From: Marsupella aquatica
Lineage: Eukaryota; Plantae; Marchantiophyta
Assembly: GCA_973895155.1 (NCBI GenBank)
Contig: OZ316891.1
Span: 24,427,899-24,491,898 of the forward strand
Length of the DNA: 64,000 nucleotides
Reading direction: 5' to 3'
Below are positions 12,640-25,775 of the stretch, in pieces. Positions within the stretch are counted from its first letter, which is position 1; each line of letters begins with the position of its first letter. The position numbers were made by a program, and so were the translations under genes. The notes under the pieces were generated by a model. It made no database searches. It saw nothing but the letters and a program-made list of their open reading frames with translations, and was not told the DNA's origin.

Positions 12640-13447
12640 TCAAAGACCCTCGCCGAGTAGGATTCTAGGTAAAAGTAAATGACACTCAGCAACCGAGGAA
12701 GTCCCTAATCCACCACAGAGAGGCTCGCCAGATAGCGCGACCGCATGCCAGAGACCCTCGCCGAGTAGGATTCTAGATAAAAGTCTATGAGAATCCATCT
12801 CAGAATCTCGGAGACCCCCGCCGAGAATGACTTGGGATGAAAAGTAAATGACACTCAACGACCAAGGAAGTCCCTAATCCACCACAAAGAGGCTCGCCAG
12901 ATAGCGCCACCGCATGTCAGACACCCTCGCCGTGTAGGATTCTAGGTAAAAGTCTATGAGAATCCATCTTCGAATCTCGGAGACCCCCCCCCGAGAATGA
13001 CTTGGGATGAAAAGTAAATGACACTCAACGACCAAGGAAGTCCCTAATCCACCACAAAGAGGCTTGCCAGATAGCGCGACCGCATGTCAGACACCCTCGC
13101 CGAGTAGGATTCTAGATAAAAGTCTATGAGAATCCATCTCAGAATCTCGGAGACCCCCGCCAAGAATGACTTGGGATGAAAAGTAAATGACACTCAACGA
13201 CCAAGGAAGTCCCTAATCCACCACAAAGAGGCTCGCCAGATAGCGCGACCGCATGTCAGACACCCTCGCCGAGTAGGATTCTAGGTAAAAGTCTATGAGA
13301 ATCCATCTTAGAATCTCGGAGACCCCCGCCGAGAATGACTTGGGATGAAAAGTAAATGACACTCAACAACCAAGGAAGTCCCTAATCCACCACAAAGAGG
13401 CTCGCCAGATAGCGCGACCGCATGTCAGAGACCCTCGCCGAGTAGGA
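12640..13447. repeat. 169-bp tandem array (4 full units plus partials) upstream of the MULE-1 transposase
   Basis: GA(G/C)ACCCTCGCCG recurs at 12751, 12920, 13090, 13259 and 13428. Confidence 0.95.
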
Positions 13448-14379
13448 AGTCGAAAGGCTATTTATTCATCCTTCAAGTCAGGCATATTTGCAAAGGGGAT
13501 TATAAGCCACACGACGGAAGAAGAAGAAATGTTTTAGGCAAGGCCGGACGGAATCTTGGAGAATATACTACATCCCTAGAGTTTGCATGTACCTTCTTGG
13601 CGGCTGCTGGCAAATATGTACCTTGTACATGTGTAGAATCTGTACCTTCTTGGCGGCCGCTAGCAAATAGGTACCTTCTTTGTGGTACAATTGTTATATG
13701 TACGCTCCGGATTCTACAATCGTTATATGGTATGCACGTTGTCCAGAACGGTATTCTTGGCGTAAAGTATGGGTACTTTAACGTCTGATGTACCGCCCAA
13801 GTTCTAAGCCTGAAAGTGCGGTATTATTGGCATAAAGTGGTACGAAGATTTTAACGTCTGATGTATAAAGCCGAAGGCCTGGGGACTAACATTCCCAGTG
13901 TGGATTTGGGACACATGGCTTCTCTTGTGATAATCCGATCAGTAACCGGGGATGTTGTTGTTTTTCATCAGATTGAGGGAGACAGTGTTCGAGTCACTAA
14001 GGAGCATGAAGTAGCAAGCCAATTTGGTTTGAAGGTAGGGGATTTCATGATTTACGAGGAGAGAGAAGATGGGCTATCCACTTCTGCTGAATCCAAAGGC
14101 GATGAAGATGAGCGAGAGTGGTATCTGAAATGTGGCGTGTCCTATACTATCTGCAAAAAGAAAGCAAGTTCATGCAATGTTAGTGAGGGTCTTGGAGATT
14201 TTGTGCACTCCCCACAGATTGATGAACCGGGTGAATTATGGAACAATACACCGTGTCAGAAATCGTCCCAATTTTGGGAGGACATTCACCGAGTTGGTAG
14301 ACCCCACTCAAATTCGTCGCCAGTGTGGCAGGATGTTGGAGAGGCAGATGAGCTAGTGAAGGAGACACCTCGACCCAAC

Positions 14380-14960
14380 GCAATCAATCTCAGAGGGGGT
14401 CTTCGACATGGTGAACCTTCTCGATTGAGTACACCTCGGTCAAATTCATTCCATATGTGGGAAGATGTTGGAGATGTGGATACACCAGTGAAGGAGAAAC
14501 GTCGATCAAGTGCATTCAATCTCAGAGGGGGTCTTCGAGATGGTGAACCTCCTCGGACAAGTACACCTGGGTCCAATTCATTCCAAATGTGGGAGGATCT
14601 TGGAGATGGTGATACACCAGTGAAAGAGAAACCTCGATCAAGTGCATTTAATGTCAGAGGGGGTCTTCAAGATGGTGAACCTCCTCGGACAAGTACACCT
14701 GGGTCCAATTCATTCCAAATGTGGGAGGATCTTGGAGATGGTGATACACCAGTGAAAGAGAAACCTCGATCAAGTGCATTTAATGTCAAAGGGGGTCTTC
14801 GAGATGGTGAACCTCCTCGGACAAGTGCACCTGGGTCCAATTCATTCCAAATGTGGGAGGATCTTGGAGATGGTGATACACCAGTGAAAGAGAAACCTTG
14901 ATCAAGTGCATTTAATGTCAGAGGGGGTCTTCAAGATGGTGAACCTTCTCGGACGAATAC
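14380..14960 (+). repeat. 120-bp (40-aa) coding tandem repeat in the transposase N-terminus
   Basis: Repeated LRDGEPPRTSTPGSNSFQMWEDLGDGDTPVKEKPRSSAFNV in ORF 13861-14901. Confidence 0.9.
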
Positions 14961-17678
14961 ACCCGAGTCTACATCATCCCAATTTTGGGAGGATCGAGGA
15001 GCTGCTTATACTCCACCAAAGGAGACACCTCGATCAAAGGCATTCCTTCTCAGAGAGGGTCTTCGAGAAGGCAATTCAGTATGAAAGGATGAGTTCCTTG
15101 TCAGTGTTGTTCATGCCATGCTACACGGGAAAGGGACCTCTCGATGTGTACAAGCTGCTCGTAAGATTTTGAGCACAAAATTGCCGGAGAGAGTTCAACG
15201 ATTACCAGAAGTGTATGATGGAGACCATGTTTTTGAGTTGCCACCTTTTACAGGTCCATACTCGAAGGGGTGTTTCTTTTTGGGCATGGAGCGAAAGAAT
15301 GATTGTTACATGTGGAGCAGGTTGATTGAGACAGGAGCAAATATCGGCCCAAAGCTAAACAACAACAGTCACTCTTACAAGATCCAAACTGTGAAGTGTT
15401 TGGGTTCTCTACGTTGTATGCATAGGGATTGTGAGAATTTTGAAGAGCGTAAAGAGCACAATTCTGCAAAGTGGACCCGAGATTGAGCAGGCACAAATGA
15501 GCTGCCTTTCCCTGTTGGATGCGACGTTCCCCCATCAAGTGTAATTTGTAGCTTCTATAGGAGGCCTCCTAGGTGTATAGCTGGATGCCCAAGTGAGATG
15601 TACTACATCACTCCAACCAAGGACGACCTTAATTACTGTCACAAGTCTCGTGTTGCCATGCATGTTGGAAATCACACCCATCCCGCAATGTTCACGCACA
15701 ACAAAGATCAACGATCACTTGTGCGTAATCTCGTGGAGGAGGACTGAAGAGGAGTCCTACTGCACGGCCGTCTGTGATCAAGGTCAAAGCAGTACAAAAA
15801 CTTAAAGATATTTTTGAGGACTCAGTGGCTGAGATGGTCACCACTGAGGAGGCAAACAACCTTGATGAAATGTTGGCCATTCTGGGCGACGAATCTGTTT
15901 TCCGCTCGATGATCAGGAGCATCAAGAGATACTCTCATGTGTCGTCTGATGTAAGCATGATACTAGAGATGCGGAAGCAGATTGCATTTCCTTTTATCCA
16001 AAGTGTTTTGTTCCAAGCCCAGAACGTGGGAACAAATGAGCGGCCACACATTTTTAAAATGAGTACAGAAGGTCCCGGCTCAGGAGTGGACCTTGTTCGA
16101 AGAATGCAGCCAAGAGGGGATCTAGAGCATTCTTGGGTGATGTCTGATGTCATGCACCGCATACTTGACAATAGATGGTGCACTATGTCTGCACACGTAT
16201 ATGACCATTTCTATCGAGGCTTATGCACAATCTTTGTCTGTGAGCTAGTTTCAGAAGACAGCAAGTCATTGCAAACTGCATGGAAGGTCATGAGGAGGGT
16301 ATGTGAAGAACATGGGCTGAAGAATGTGCAATTTTGTGGATTTATGGCTGATAATGCTGCTGCTGGGTGGAATGCGATCCGCAATGAATTTTGGGATGGA
16401 AAGGTAAATTCCCATAGAGAGAGGTCTGATGCATTTCACTAGGCCCAATCAGTACAGAGAATGCAGAAGCACATTGTCCCAAGTAAGAGATTCGAGCATA
16501 AAGAATTGTTGGATTCACTTCGGCACGCCGGTAATATAGTTCTTGCCTATCGAGTTTTTGAGAAGCTGAAAACGTGGTGGAATGAGGGCAATGCGCTACC
16601 AGGAAAAGCAAAGGAGCTCACCACATGGATGTCTTGGTGGATTGTTCGGTTTTCTCAATGGGGAAACTTTTTGAGACTCGTAAGTGTCTTAACACTTTCC
16701 CTCCCTATGCATGATATCCGTCAACACATCGGATCTCGGCGAAGCTCTCCGAGATACGCTCGGATACACCTATTTTGTCTGTTGCCTAGACATAACAAAT
16801 GACCAAAATTGATATGTTTTCTGGAACAATATTGCAGGAGATGGACAGAGAAAAGGCAACACTCATGCCTAACCACAGCGGGGCAGAGTCGGTACACGCA
16901 TCTATGCGTAAATCCTCATCTAGTACAAAGGTTGGGTTAGTACAATCTTGTACCCTGGATGCATCTCGTGCGTTGAGCCAGAATGGAGCTTTGAAGAACT
17001 ACAAACTCAGTGGGAGGAAAGGACGGGGACCGAGCTTGTTTGAACTTTGACTTCGAGATGCTACTGCCGTTGGGAATGTAGAATCTTTCTTTCCAAAATT
17101 GAACACCGCTGTAACTCAACCACACTTGCGTGAGTTCTCATCCGCGGACCCACTTAGCAGAGATGTAGAAACGGTTCCGATGAAACGCGGGAAGGCCGCT
17201 GCTGGCCATCATGTTGTAGTAGAAGATTCCCACCGGCCTAACATTGTTTTGGTAACCAGACCAAAGAAGAGGAAGTTCAGGGGGATTGCAAATAGGGACG
17301 CAAACTTGAAAAGCCAGGATGCTGAAGTTGTGGATCTGTCGTCCGATGACTCTCGTGGCTCGGGCAAACCAGATGTTGTCATTGTGGAACCCCAAAGGAC
17401 AAGGTCAACCCCACGTCCAGAGCCCGTGAGAAGACGTGTTCAGGAAAGTGATTTGGTTCCAGGCATGTTCTTTTTGGCTCGCATCTCAACGATTAGTAAG
17501 AGTCCCGGTTGTCGAGGTGCATTCAAAGGCAAGGAACGGGGAGTATGTGCTCAATTTATCAGAGAGGCAGGACTAAAAGTAAGCGGATTAGGTGTTGTCG
17601 GTATCTGTTGGCTGGCTGGGAGTAAATTTAACGAACCAGGTGTTCCATATCCGTATTGGTTTTGCCCAAATAACCAAT

Positions 17679-17806
17679 CCCAACACATATCTGTTTTTGT
17701 TATCTCCTGCACAATTGTCAAGTTGTAGCTTCAAAACTCTTGGAAGAGGCTTGAAGGTAGTAGACGCATCCAATGAGTGTGACTTCGCTGCAAAAATTTA
17801 AGAACC
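17679..17806 (-). other. 128-bp foreign fragment, probably from an unrelated DDE transposase
   Basis: Absent from the MULE-2 transposase. Minus strand encodes KPLPRVLKLQLDNCAGDNKNRYVL, a DNCxGxNKN motif of the kind seen in Sola/DUF7869-like DDE proteins. Confidence 0.6.
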
Positions 17807-17976
17807 TGTTGGACCATGACAAGATGGAAAAAGATCTCGTGTATACTCCCAAGGAGAAGAATAAGTATATGCGGCTTGAAGGCCGTTGCCCTGAGGGAGT
17901 TATCCTAACTGAGTTAGGTAGAACTCTAGTTAGGCAAGTAGAACTATGGTAAGTAGGTTTAACCTGGGTTACAACA
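17807..17976 (-). repeat. Copia 3' LTR (170 bp); PPT at 17977-17988
   Basis: TGTTGGACC..GTTACAACA, differing from 23516-23686 by 2 substitutions and 1 indel; CCCAAGGGGGAG purine tract on the minus strand. Confidence 0.95.
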
Positions 17977-18521
17977 CTCCCCCTTGGGTATGACATTTTC
18001 CAGGGAAAAAGTTGTACCCATTCTAAACCTGCTTTGTTTCTACTGTATTCTTCTGCTTTCTCCTATTTTATTTTCTCATCATGATATAGTTAGGGAATAG
18101 GATGTGACCTCCCTAAAACCTCCCCATCAATGGGAGGAAAGAGTATCACCATCCATGTTCCAAAAACAGTTGTAGACTAATCAGAATCCTAAAAAGAATT
18201 ATGTCCTAAATAAACAGGGGTACTAAGGGTGTGTATGCCGTAACATGTGTGTATAGAGACGGTATCGTGAGTAAAGTCGTGTCATTTTAGTGGTGAGTAG
18301 TCGTATGGAAACCGCATCGTAAGCCCTAAAGTTAGTCGTGGTGGGCCGCATTCGCTCGAGGCTTGTGGAGATGGTGGGCCATACTTCGGATGGTCGTGAG
18401 ATGGTGGGTCGCACAGCGTTTGGTCAAGCCCGTGAGCGCGGCTTTTTCGGACGTTGCGTGCATGTTGCTACGTAGACTCTCCAGGTGATGTGCTCCCCCT
18501 GGAACGTGGGGTCGATGAATA

Positions 18522-21500
18522 TCAGGGCTGCAACAAAACTTTTAGGCTGCGCATTCCAATGGAGAAGGTTAATTTCTGATGCATAGCAGGTGGTAGGGCC
18601 TTGGTGAGTAGATCAGCTGAGTTCTCTGCACTCGAAATCCATCGCACATCGATTTGGTGTCCATTTTGTTCATGTGCAAAGAAAAATTTCGGTGCAATGT
18701 GCTTTGTTTTGTCGCCTTTGATGAAACCTGCTGCTATCTGTTCGACACAAGGCCGATTGTCTTCAAAGATGACAGTAGGCGCAGTTAGTGTATTCATTCC
18801 TGTGCATTCGGCAATATGGTTGATTACATTCCTTAACCAAATGCACTCACGACTCGCTTCATACAGTGCTATGATTTCAGAATGGTTGGATGATGTCGTC
18901 GTTAATGTCTGCTTTGTGCTCTTCCAAGAGATTGCAGTGTTTCCTGTGAGAAAGATGTATCCCGTTTGTGATTTTGCGTCTGCAGGGTCTGACAAATATC
19001 TTGCATCGGCAAACCCGGTTAGTGTGATGCGAGATTGTTGGGGGTAAAAGAGGCCCAGATCAGATGTACCGTGGAGGTATTTGAAGATCCATTTGATTCC
19101 ATTCCAATGCCGAATAGTCGGTTGTGAACTGTGCCTGGCAAGTAGATTGACTGCGAAGGCTATGTCTGGGCGGGTTTGGTTGGCAACAAACATGAGCGCC
19201 CCTATGGCTGACAGGTAAGGTTTCTCTGAACCAAGAAGTGGTTCTATTTCCTCTCTTTTGCGAAAGATATCCTTTTCTTTGTCCAACGACCGTAGGTCCA
19301 TTGGGGATCTTACTGCTTTGCTTGTCGACATGTGGAATTGTTGGAGCATTTTCTTGACGTACGTGGTCTGGTGGAGTAGTATTCCACTCGGGAGATGCTC
19401 AAACTGTAGGCCAAGGCAAAAAGTAGTTTGCCCCATGTCTCGCATTTCGAAAACACGTTTGAGTATGTGTATCGTTTCTAGCATAATCTTAGCGGTTCCA
19501 AACAGATTAAGATCGTCAACATATATAGCGACGATTATGAGTTCACTGCCCTCGCGTTTGATAAACACGCATGGAGCTATCTCGCTGTTCTTGAAACCCA
19601 TAGCTAGCATTTCATCCTTGAATTTGTAGTACCAGGTCCGGCCACTTTGCTTGAGGCCATACAGAGAACGTAAAACTTGTATAGCAAATTTTGTCTTAGC
19701 AGGAAGTGCGCCCGTGGCGGGGTGTGCAGATTGCTGAATGAATGCAATTGCTTTTGAAGTCTTCTGTAGTATGGCATGATCAGTATGCCTGAATGAGTAG
19801 TCGTTGTTCTGGCTGACGTTTTCTGTGTTATTCTCCCCCTGACTATGATAATGTACTCTAGATATCAATTCTGGTGGGGCTTCCATGTGTATCGTTTTAT
19901 CTAACGTGCCGTAGAGATAAGCTGTGACTATATCCATTTGATGCATGGATAATTGATGGTGGAGTGCGAACGCAGTTAAATACCGGTACGTAATGACGTC
20001 CATGACTGGAGAATAGGTGAGGTCATAGTCTTTGCCGGGAATTTGTGTAAATCCCCTGGCCACTAATTGGGCCTTGTATCTCACGATTGTCCCTTTGGAA
20101 TCTCGTTTCTTTACGAACACCCACTTATATCCCGTAAGGTGTGTCTGTGGAGGGGCCCGAGTGATTGGTCCGAAGACCTGTCGGGAGATCAGTGAGTCTA
20201 GCTCAGATTTGATGGCTCTCTCCCAATGTTCCCAATCTTCTTGTTTTTGGGCTTCTGCAATCGTTCTGGGATCGGGTAAGTCCGCTATGATGTCTTTTGA
20301 GATTTGGAAAGCGAATCTATCGTCCATCTTTAAAGTAAATCGATCCCAGATGTGTCCGGTTTTATTATAATGTATGGAGATTTCCTCTCCTTGTTCTAAT
20401 GATGGTGGCTGGAGTATGGCATTATTGACTGCAGGAATGGTGGGTTTTCTTTGGCGCGGGCGTTTGTCAGTGGAACCGAGTGGCCTGCCTCGTTTCTGCC
20501 TTGGGACTACCTCGGCTGATGGCTGTCCATCGGTCTCAATTCTCGAAGGGGTATTGGCGGCTGGTACGTGCGATCGGGTGACCTGGGCTACATCCGCGAA
20601 GGAATCCGGGAGGTCTCCAAGTACCTTGGTAAGGTGGAGGATCCTTTGTACCTCGCGATCCGCTAGTGGGGTCCGAGGGTCATTCCAAAATTTGGAGTCA
20701 ATCTGCCATTTTAATTGTTGGTTGTTCGTATTCTCGAGGTTTTGTGTGGTTCCCAGTTTAGGGAATACCGACTCATAGAAATGGCAATCTGCCATTTGTG
20801 CCTTATAAAGATCTGTCGTGGTCGGGTCGAGATATCGTATGATGGACGGTGAGTCCAAACCAACATAAACGCCTTTCTGGCGTTGTGGACCAAGTTTGGT
20901 TCGTTTGGGACCCATGATCGGAACGAGGACTTCGCAGCCAAAGGTGCGAAAGTGTGATAAGTTGGGATTGGATCCGAAGGCTAAACTATGAGGAGATGCA
21001 TCGTTAAATGCGGAGGGGCGATATTGTAGTAGAGTTGCTGCGTGAAGGACTGCGTGTCCCCAGGCTGTTTGTGGAAGGTTGGTCTGCATGAGGAGTGGCC
21101 TCGCTACGGTTTGTATACGCTTAATCAATGATTCGGCCATCCCGTTTTGAAAGTGAACGTAGGGGACTGGGTACTCTAAGTCAATTCCAGCAGTCATGCA
21201 AAAATCTTCGAATGTTTTTGACGTAAATTCACCAGCGTTATCTACTCGAAGAGTTCTAATGGGATGCTCCGGGAACTGTGTCTTAAGTTTAAGTATATGG
21301 GCAAGGAGTCTGGAGAATACTAAATTTCGGGTGGAAAGGAGTGAAATTTGAGACCATTTCGAGGAGGCATCTACTATGGCCAGAAAGAATCGGAAGGGGC
21401 CACTGGGGGGGTCCACCGGTCCACATACGTCTGCATGAATTCTTTCTAGGAACTTGGGTATCCTTTTGTCAGTCTTCGTTGGGGATGGGCGAAGGACTAG

Positions 21501-22241
21501 CTTCCCTTGCGAGCAAGGTAAGCATGGTTCTTTCAATGAGGCTGGGTGCACTGAGGCGGGGATGCCTCAAGAATCTTTGAGGATCCTCTGGAACATTCGT
21601 AGGCCTGGGTGGCCGAGACGTCGATGCCATAGTTCTGTGGTGCTAATCAGTTGGGATATTACGTGGTAATTGTCTATTTTTGTTATATAAAAGCCTAATG
21701 GGAACGCCTTTAATGTTTCTTTGATCGTAGTTCCCGATGCAGTGGTCTCTAGTATATTCAACACCTCTTGGCCACTAATAGTGTTTGTCTGGATGTGGAA
21801 TCCGTTCTCTCGGATATCCTTGAAACTTAGTAAGTTTCTTGTGGCTCGGGGGGCATAGATTGCAGAGTGTATGTGTATGGTTGTTTTCTGTGGTAAGATT
21901 ACCATCGCAGGGCCATTTCCCTCTTCTAATTGATGGTTGCCTAGGATAGTCGTGACACTTCTATCGGATGGATCAATGTATTTGAAATGTTTGCGCTCCC
22001 TGAGGATGGAGTGGGAAGTCCCACTGTCGACTATGCAACAAGTAGGATCATCTAATGGATTATGTGCATCTGAAATAGGAGCTAAGTGTATTTCTGGTCT
22101 TATCTCAGTGGAATCAAGAAATGCCCCATGTGATTCTCGTGCGCCTTCGCCGATACTGGCTTTATAGAGCGCGACCAGATGTGCAGGTGCTCTACATTGT
22201 TTCTGGACATGACCTTTCGTTCCACATCTGTAACAGGTCAT
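18522..22241 (-). pseudogene. Copia pol region: Zn knuckle, protease, integrase, RT, RNase H (one in-frame TGA at 21567-21569)
   Basis: CYRCGTKGHVQKQC, IVDSGTSH, LWHRRLGHP, IHADVCGP, RVDNAGEF, SLYGLKQSGR, IYVDDL, ENSADLLTKAL. Confidence 0.95.
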
Positions 22242-23092
22242 GGCTTCTTCTGGTTTCTGTGGGTGGCTGCGAGGATTTGATCTGACTTGCTGTGGCTATT
22301 TCCAGAGGTATTGCTATTGTAGGTGTTTCGTGAACGGCCGCGGCCCCTGCCTGATGCGCGAAATTGGCCTCGACCGTCACTCCTAAAATCGCCCCATCGG
22401 CCTCTAGAGGTATTTCTACCCCGTCCGTTGCCACGCCCTCTGTAGGAACTTCCGGGGTCAGTGCGTGGATTATTAAAATGGGTCTCCGTGTGGGGTTGGG
22501 GTGGTAAGGTACCCGGAGGCCTCTGCTTGGTGTTTTCCAGCAAAAGTATCTGGTGCTTTTCGGCAAGCAGCATATGGGCTATGAGCTCCGAGTATTTGGT
22601 AAAGTTCATGTTTCGGTATTGTGTTGAAATGACCATGTTCGTAGAATGGAATGTAGAAAGAGTTTTTTCGATCTGTTCCTGATCATTCACCGGTTTTTGA
22701 CAGACTGCGAGTTGGGAGGTAATGCGGAACAGCTCACTATTGTAATCTGCGATGGTTTTGTGATCTTGCACCCTCAGATTGATCCAATCGTGTAGGGCCG
22801 CCGGGAGGAAGATTGTTCGGGTATGGTCAAATCTAGAAAGGAGTGCTTCCCACAATCGGCGTGGGTTGAGCTCGTTTAGATATTGAAGCTTTAGTGGTTC
22901 AGTCAAATGTCGCCTGATTAAGATCAGCGCTTGAGCTCACTCCTGTAAAGTAGATCCTGTGTCGGAGGTGATCGTGTCTGCAATGTCTTTGGATGTCAAG
23001 TGTGCCTCTATGTCCAATTGCCAAGAAAGATAGTTGGCGCCATCAATACTTAATGGCTGGAAATATAACTTTTCCATGGCTGCCGGAGGCAT
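22238..23092 (-). pseudogene. Copia gag (premature stop near 22938; out of frame with the Zn knuckle)
   Basis: FQPLSIDGANYLSWQLDIEAHL and LWEALLSRFDH..W.NLRVQDHKTIADYNSELFRI..LLAEKH, typical of Bianca-type gag. Confidence 0.85.
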
Positions 23093-23500
23093 GATTACTA
23101 TGATTATATGTAGTATGCGTTTCAGTGGCGGAAATACAATTTGTCTAGATTGATGAATTCACAAATTGATGACATGAATAAATGGAATGTGAAGAGCTTT
23201 CGTAATTGGAGGTGTTAGCTGGAGTGGTCGATTGTAATTTGCGTTGGTTGCTGCACTCCAGCCTCTCGCTTTGTCTGATTGTCCGATCACGTTGTGCACG
23301 GCTGCTTGCACGCTCGCCTTGCCTCTGTTCGTAGTCTTGAAAACTTCACGCGGCGAGTGTATTGCGTGCGCGTTGGACGTTCATGAGACGCAACGCTTCG
23401 TGCAAAACCTTCACGCGGTGACTAAAGATCGGACAAGTGTGAGCGTGGTTCGTAGAAGGGCGGAGGAAAAAAAATTAAAGGAAAAAAAACCAGAGCACTA

Positions 23501-23515
23501 CTCGTGCTGATAACG
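23501..23515 (-). promoter_or_regulatory. Primer binding site (half-tRNA-Met type)
   Basis: CGTTATCAGCACGAG immediately inside the 5' LTR. Confidence 0.75.
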
Positions 23516-23686
23516 TGTTGGACCATGACAAGATGGAAAAAAGATCTCGTGTATACTCCCAAGGAGAAGAATAAGTACATGCGGCTTGAAGGCCGTTGCC
23601 CTGAGGCAGTTATCCTAACTGAGTTAGGTAGAACTCTAGTTAGGCAAGTAGAACTATGGTAAGTAGGTTTAACCTGGGTTACAACA
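23516..23686 (-). repeat. Copia 5' LTR (171 bp)
   Basis: Direct repeat of 17807-17976. Confidence 0.95.
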
Positions 23687-24299
23687 TTTGCCATTTATTA
23701 CCGGTGTTTTACCACCACTGCCTTCAAAGTTTCCTGTCTCTCGTGGAACTAATCTTACAGAAGAAGAGGTCCTGTTCTTGCACAACAATGGAGTGGACGT
23801 CATTTTTGGTGAAGATGTTATGAATGAATTGGTGAGTGCTGGCGACATCATAATGGATTTGAACACATACCCAGAGCGGATAGATCCTACAATCCCTAAT
23901 GAGCGTGGTACTCGACGCAATGGCCAGGCAAGGCGAAGGAGGTCAGACACCTCCAAGTACGCTGCCACACGTATCCATAATTCTAAGACCGAGGCAATTG
24001 TGTGCACATCAATGAGGAGAATCAAAACAGGGAATGCTACAGGCGTGAGGCTCATGGTGAACAACACTTGCAGGGGCCAAACTTCAATACATTGCGTACA
24101 AATCTGTGTCTTCCCAAGTTGCTCCTGCAAGGATTTCATGTACAGGGAGTCTATGGGTAGAGCCTACTTCCCGTGCAAGCACTTGTACTGGTGCTTTGCA
24201 AACATCTCAAAAGGAATATCGACACGGATCAATGTGTTAACCAACCAATCTTGACTCTAATTGAGGTCATCAACCTTGTATCAAATGCGGGTATTGTCT

Positions 24300-25159
24300 G
24301 ATCTCGGCGACCTCCGCCGACATTGTATTTTGGAGACCATCGCTGACATTGTATCTCGGAGACCCTCACCGACATTTACCAAATAGCCGAATAGGGTTTC
24401 CTTCCTCATTGTATCCTTCCTCATTGTATCTCGGAGACCATCGCCGACATTGTATTTTGGAGACCCTCGCCGACATTTACCAAATAGCCGAATAGGGTTT
24501 CCTTCCTCATTGTATCTCGGAAACCATCGCCGACATTGTATTTTGGGGACCCTCGCCGACATTTACCAAATAGCCGAATAGGGTTACCTATTTTGGGACT
24601 AGGGTTTAGGGTTTAGGAAAAAAGACGCGGTTATATGTGACCGATATTATGTATGAACGGTTCCTATGAATGGATGAATGTGTTAACCAACCAATCTTGA
24701 CTCTGAGGTCGGTAACCTTGTATCAAATGCCGGTATTGTCTGATCTCGGGGACCTCCGCCAACATGAACAGGTTTCCTTCCTCATTGTATCTCGGAGACC
24801 CTCGCCAACATTGTATTACTGAGACCCTCGTTAACAGGGTATTTTGGAGACCCTCGCCGACATTTACCAAACAGCTGAATAGGGTCACCTGTGTTGGGCC
24901 TAGGGTTTAGGGTTTAGGAAAAATGACCAACCAATCTTGACTTTGAGGTCGACAAACTTGTATCAAATGCCGGTATTGTCTGATCTCGGCGACCTCCGCC
25001 AACATGAACAGGTTTCCTTCCTCATTGTATCTCGGAGACCCTCGCAGACATTGTATTACTGAGACCCTCGCTGATATTTCGGAGACCCTCGCCAACATTT
25101 ACCAAACAGCTGAATAGGGTCAACTGTGTTGGGCCTAGGGTTTAGGGTTTAGGAAAAAT
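24300..25159. repeat. Complex tandem repeats built from the transposase 3' end, palindromic motifs and TTTAGGG runs; continues inverted at 44340-44555
   Basis: ACCAACCAATCTTGACT..TATCAAATGC.GGTATTGTCTGATCT recurs near 24240, 24686 and 24926, and as reverse complement at 44495-44555. Confidence 0.85.
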
Positions 25160-25775
25160 GGGGTCGTGTACTTCATCAGTTATCAGTGAGTTTCATCAGT
25201 GACTGATATCAGTCCAACACCGGAACTCAGCGAATCAGCTGAGATGAATTCTTCTGGGGCACAACCCAATCCACAAACCAATCGCAGTCCGCGCCATTGT
25301 CGGCGCCTCTTTGAGGTTGGATCGGGTACTTTACTTCGACCATTTCTTATGTCGGCTGCCTCTCTGACATTAAAGGAGAATATAAAGTTTCAATCTTGGC
25401 GGTCTCTCTGAGATTTCCTCGAAGTTCAGTTGAATCTCAGCGAGCCCCGCCGAGATTCAACTGAAATTTGAGGAAAAAAAACTTCTCACACAGGGTCTTC
25501 GATATATCATGGGGTGTCGCTACTAAATCTCAAAAAGGATCCATACAACACATCGTACAACAGAGTCCATACAACACGTCCCTTTCAAAGACTCATCTCA
25601 AAGACCCTCGCCGACTTATCCAGGAGAGCTCGGCATGACATTGAAGAACAACACGGGGTCCAGCGTAGAAAGTAACCTTTGGAGGAAATTTTTATTTTAC
25701 TTCGTATACAACATGTTGCTCTGTTGTGAAATATTCACAAATTGAATTCACAAAGGCAATCCATCGATCCTCTAT

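Larger units (their letters stand above)
17807..23686 (-). mobile_element. Ty1/copia LTR retrotransposon, Bianca-like lineage
   Basis: LTRs of 170/171 bp (TG..CA); gag, protease, integrase, RT, RNase H order; PBS CGTTATCAGCACG; PPT before the 3' LTR; no TSD. Confidence 0.95.
13916..24301 (+). pseudogene. MULE-1 Mutator-like transposase (GCM-like Zn domain, DDE, SWIM), interrupted by copia
   Basis: KCLGSLRC..C..H.GNHTHP (GCM/WRKY-like); MSDVMH, FMADNAAAGWNAI, DAFH, GAESVHA (D, D, (C/D)xxH, E); CSCKDF..FPCKHLYW (SWIM). Intron 16680-16837; several stops and a frameshift; insertion at 17679-23686. Confidence 0.88.
3936..25159. mobile_element. Giant Mutator-like element MULE-1, left part
   Basis: Terminus GAGGTACACAACTTCATCAGTTATCAGTGAC at 3936 preceded by GGTCACAAA (3927-3935). 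The other terminus at 41350 is preceded by TTTGTGACC (its reverse complement). Contains a Mutator DDE/SWIM transposase. Confidence 0.9.

Noticed and set aside
22230-22250. Programmed frameshift between copia gag and the Zn knuckle
   Set aside because: The element has other disabling stops and no clear slippery site was seen; a single copy cannot distinguish this from a random indel.
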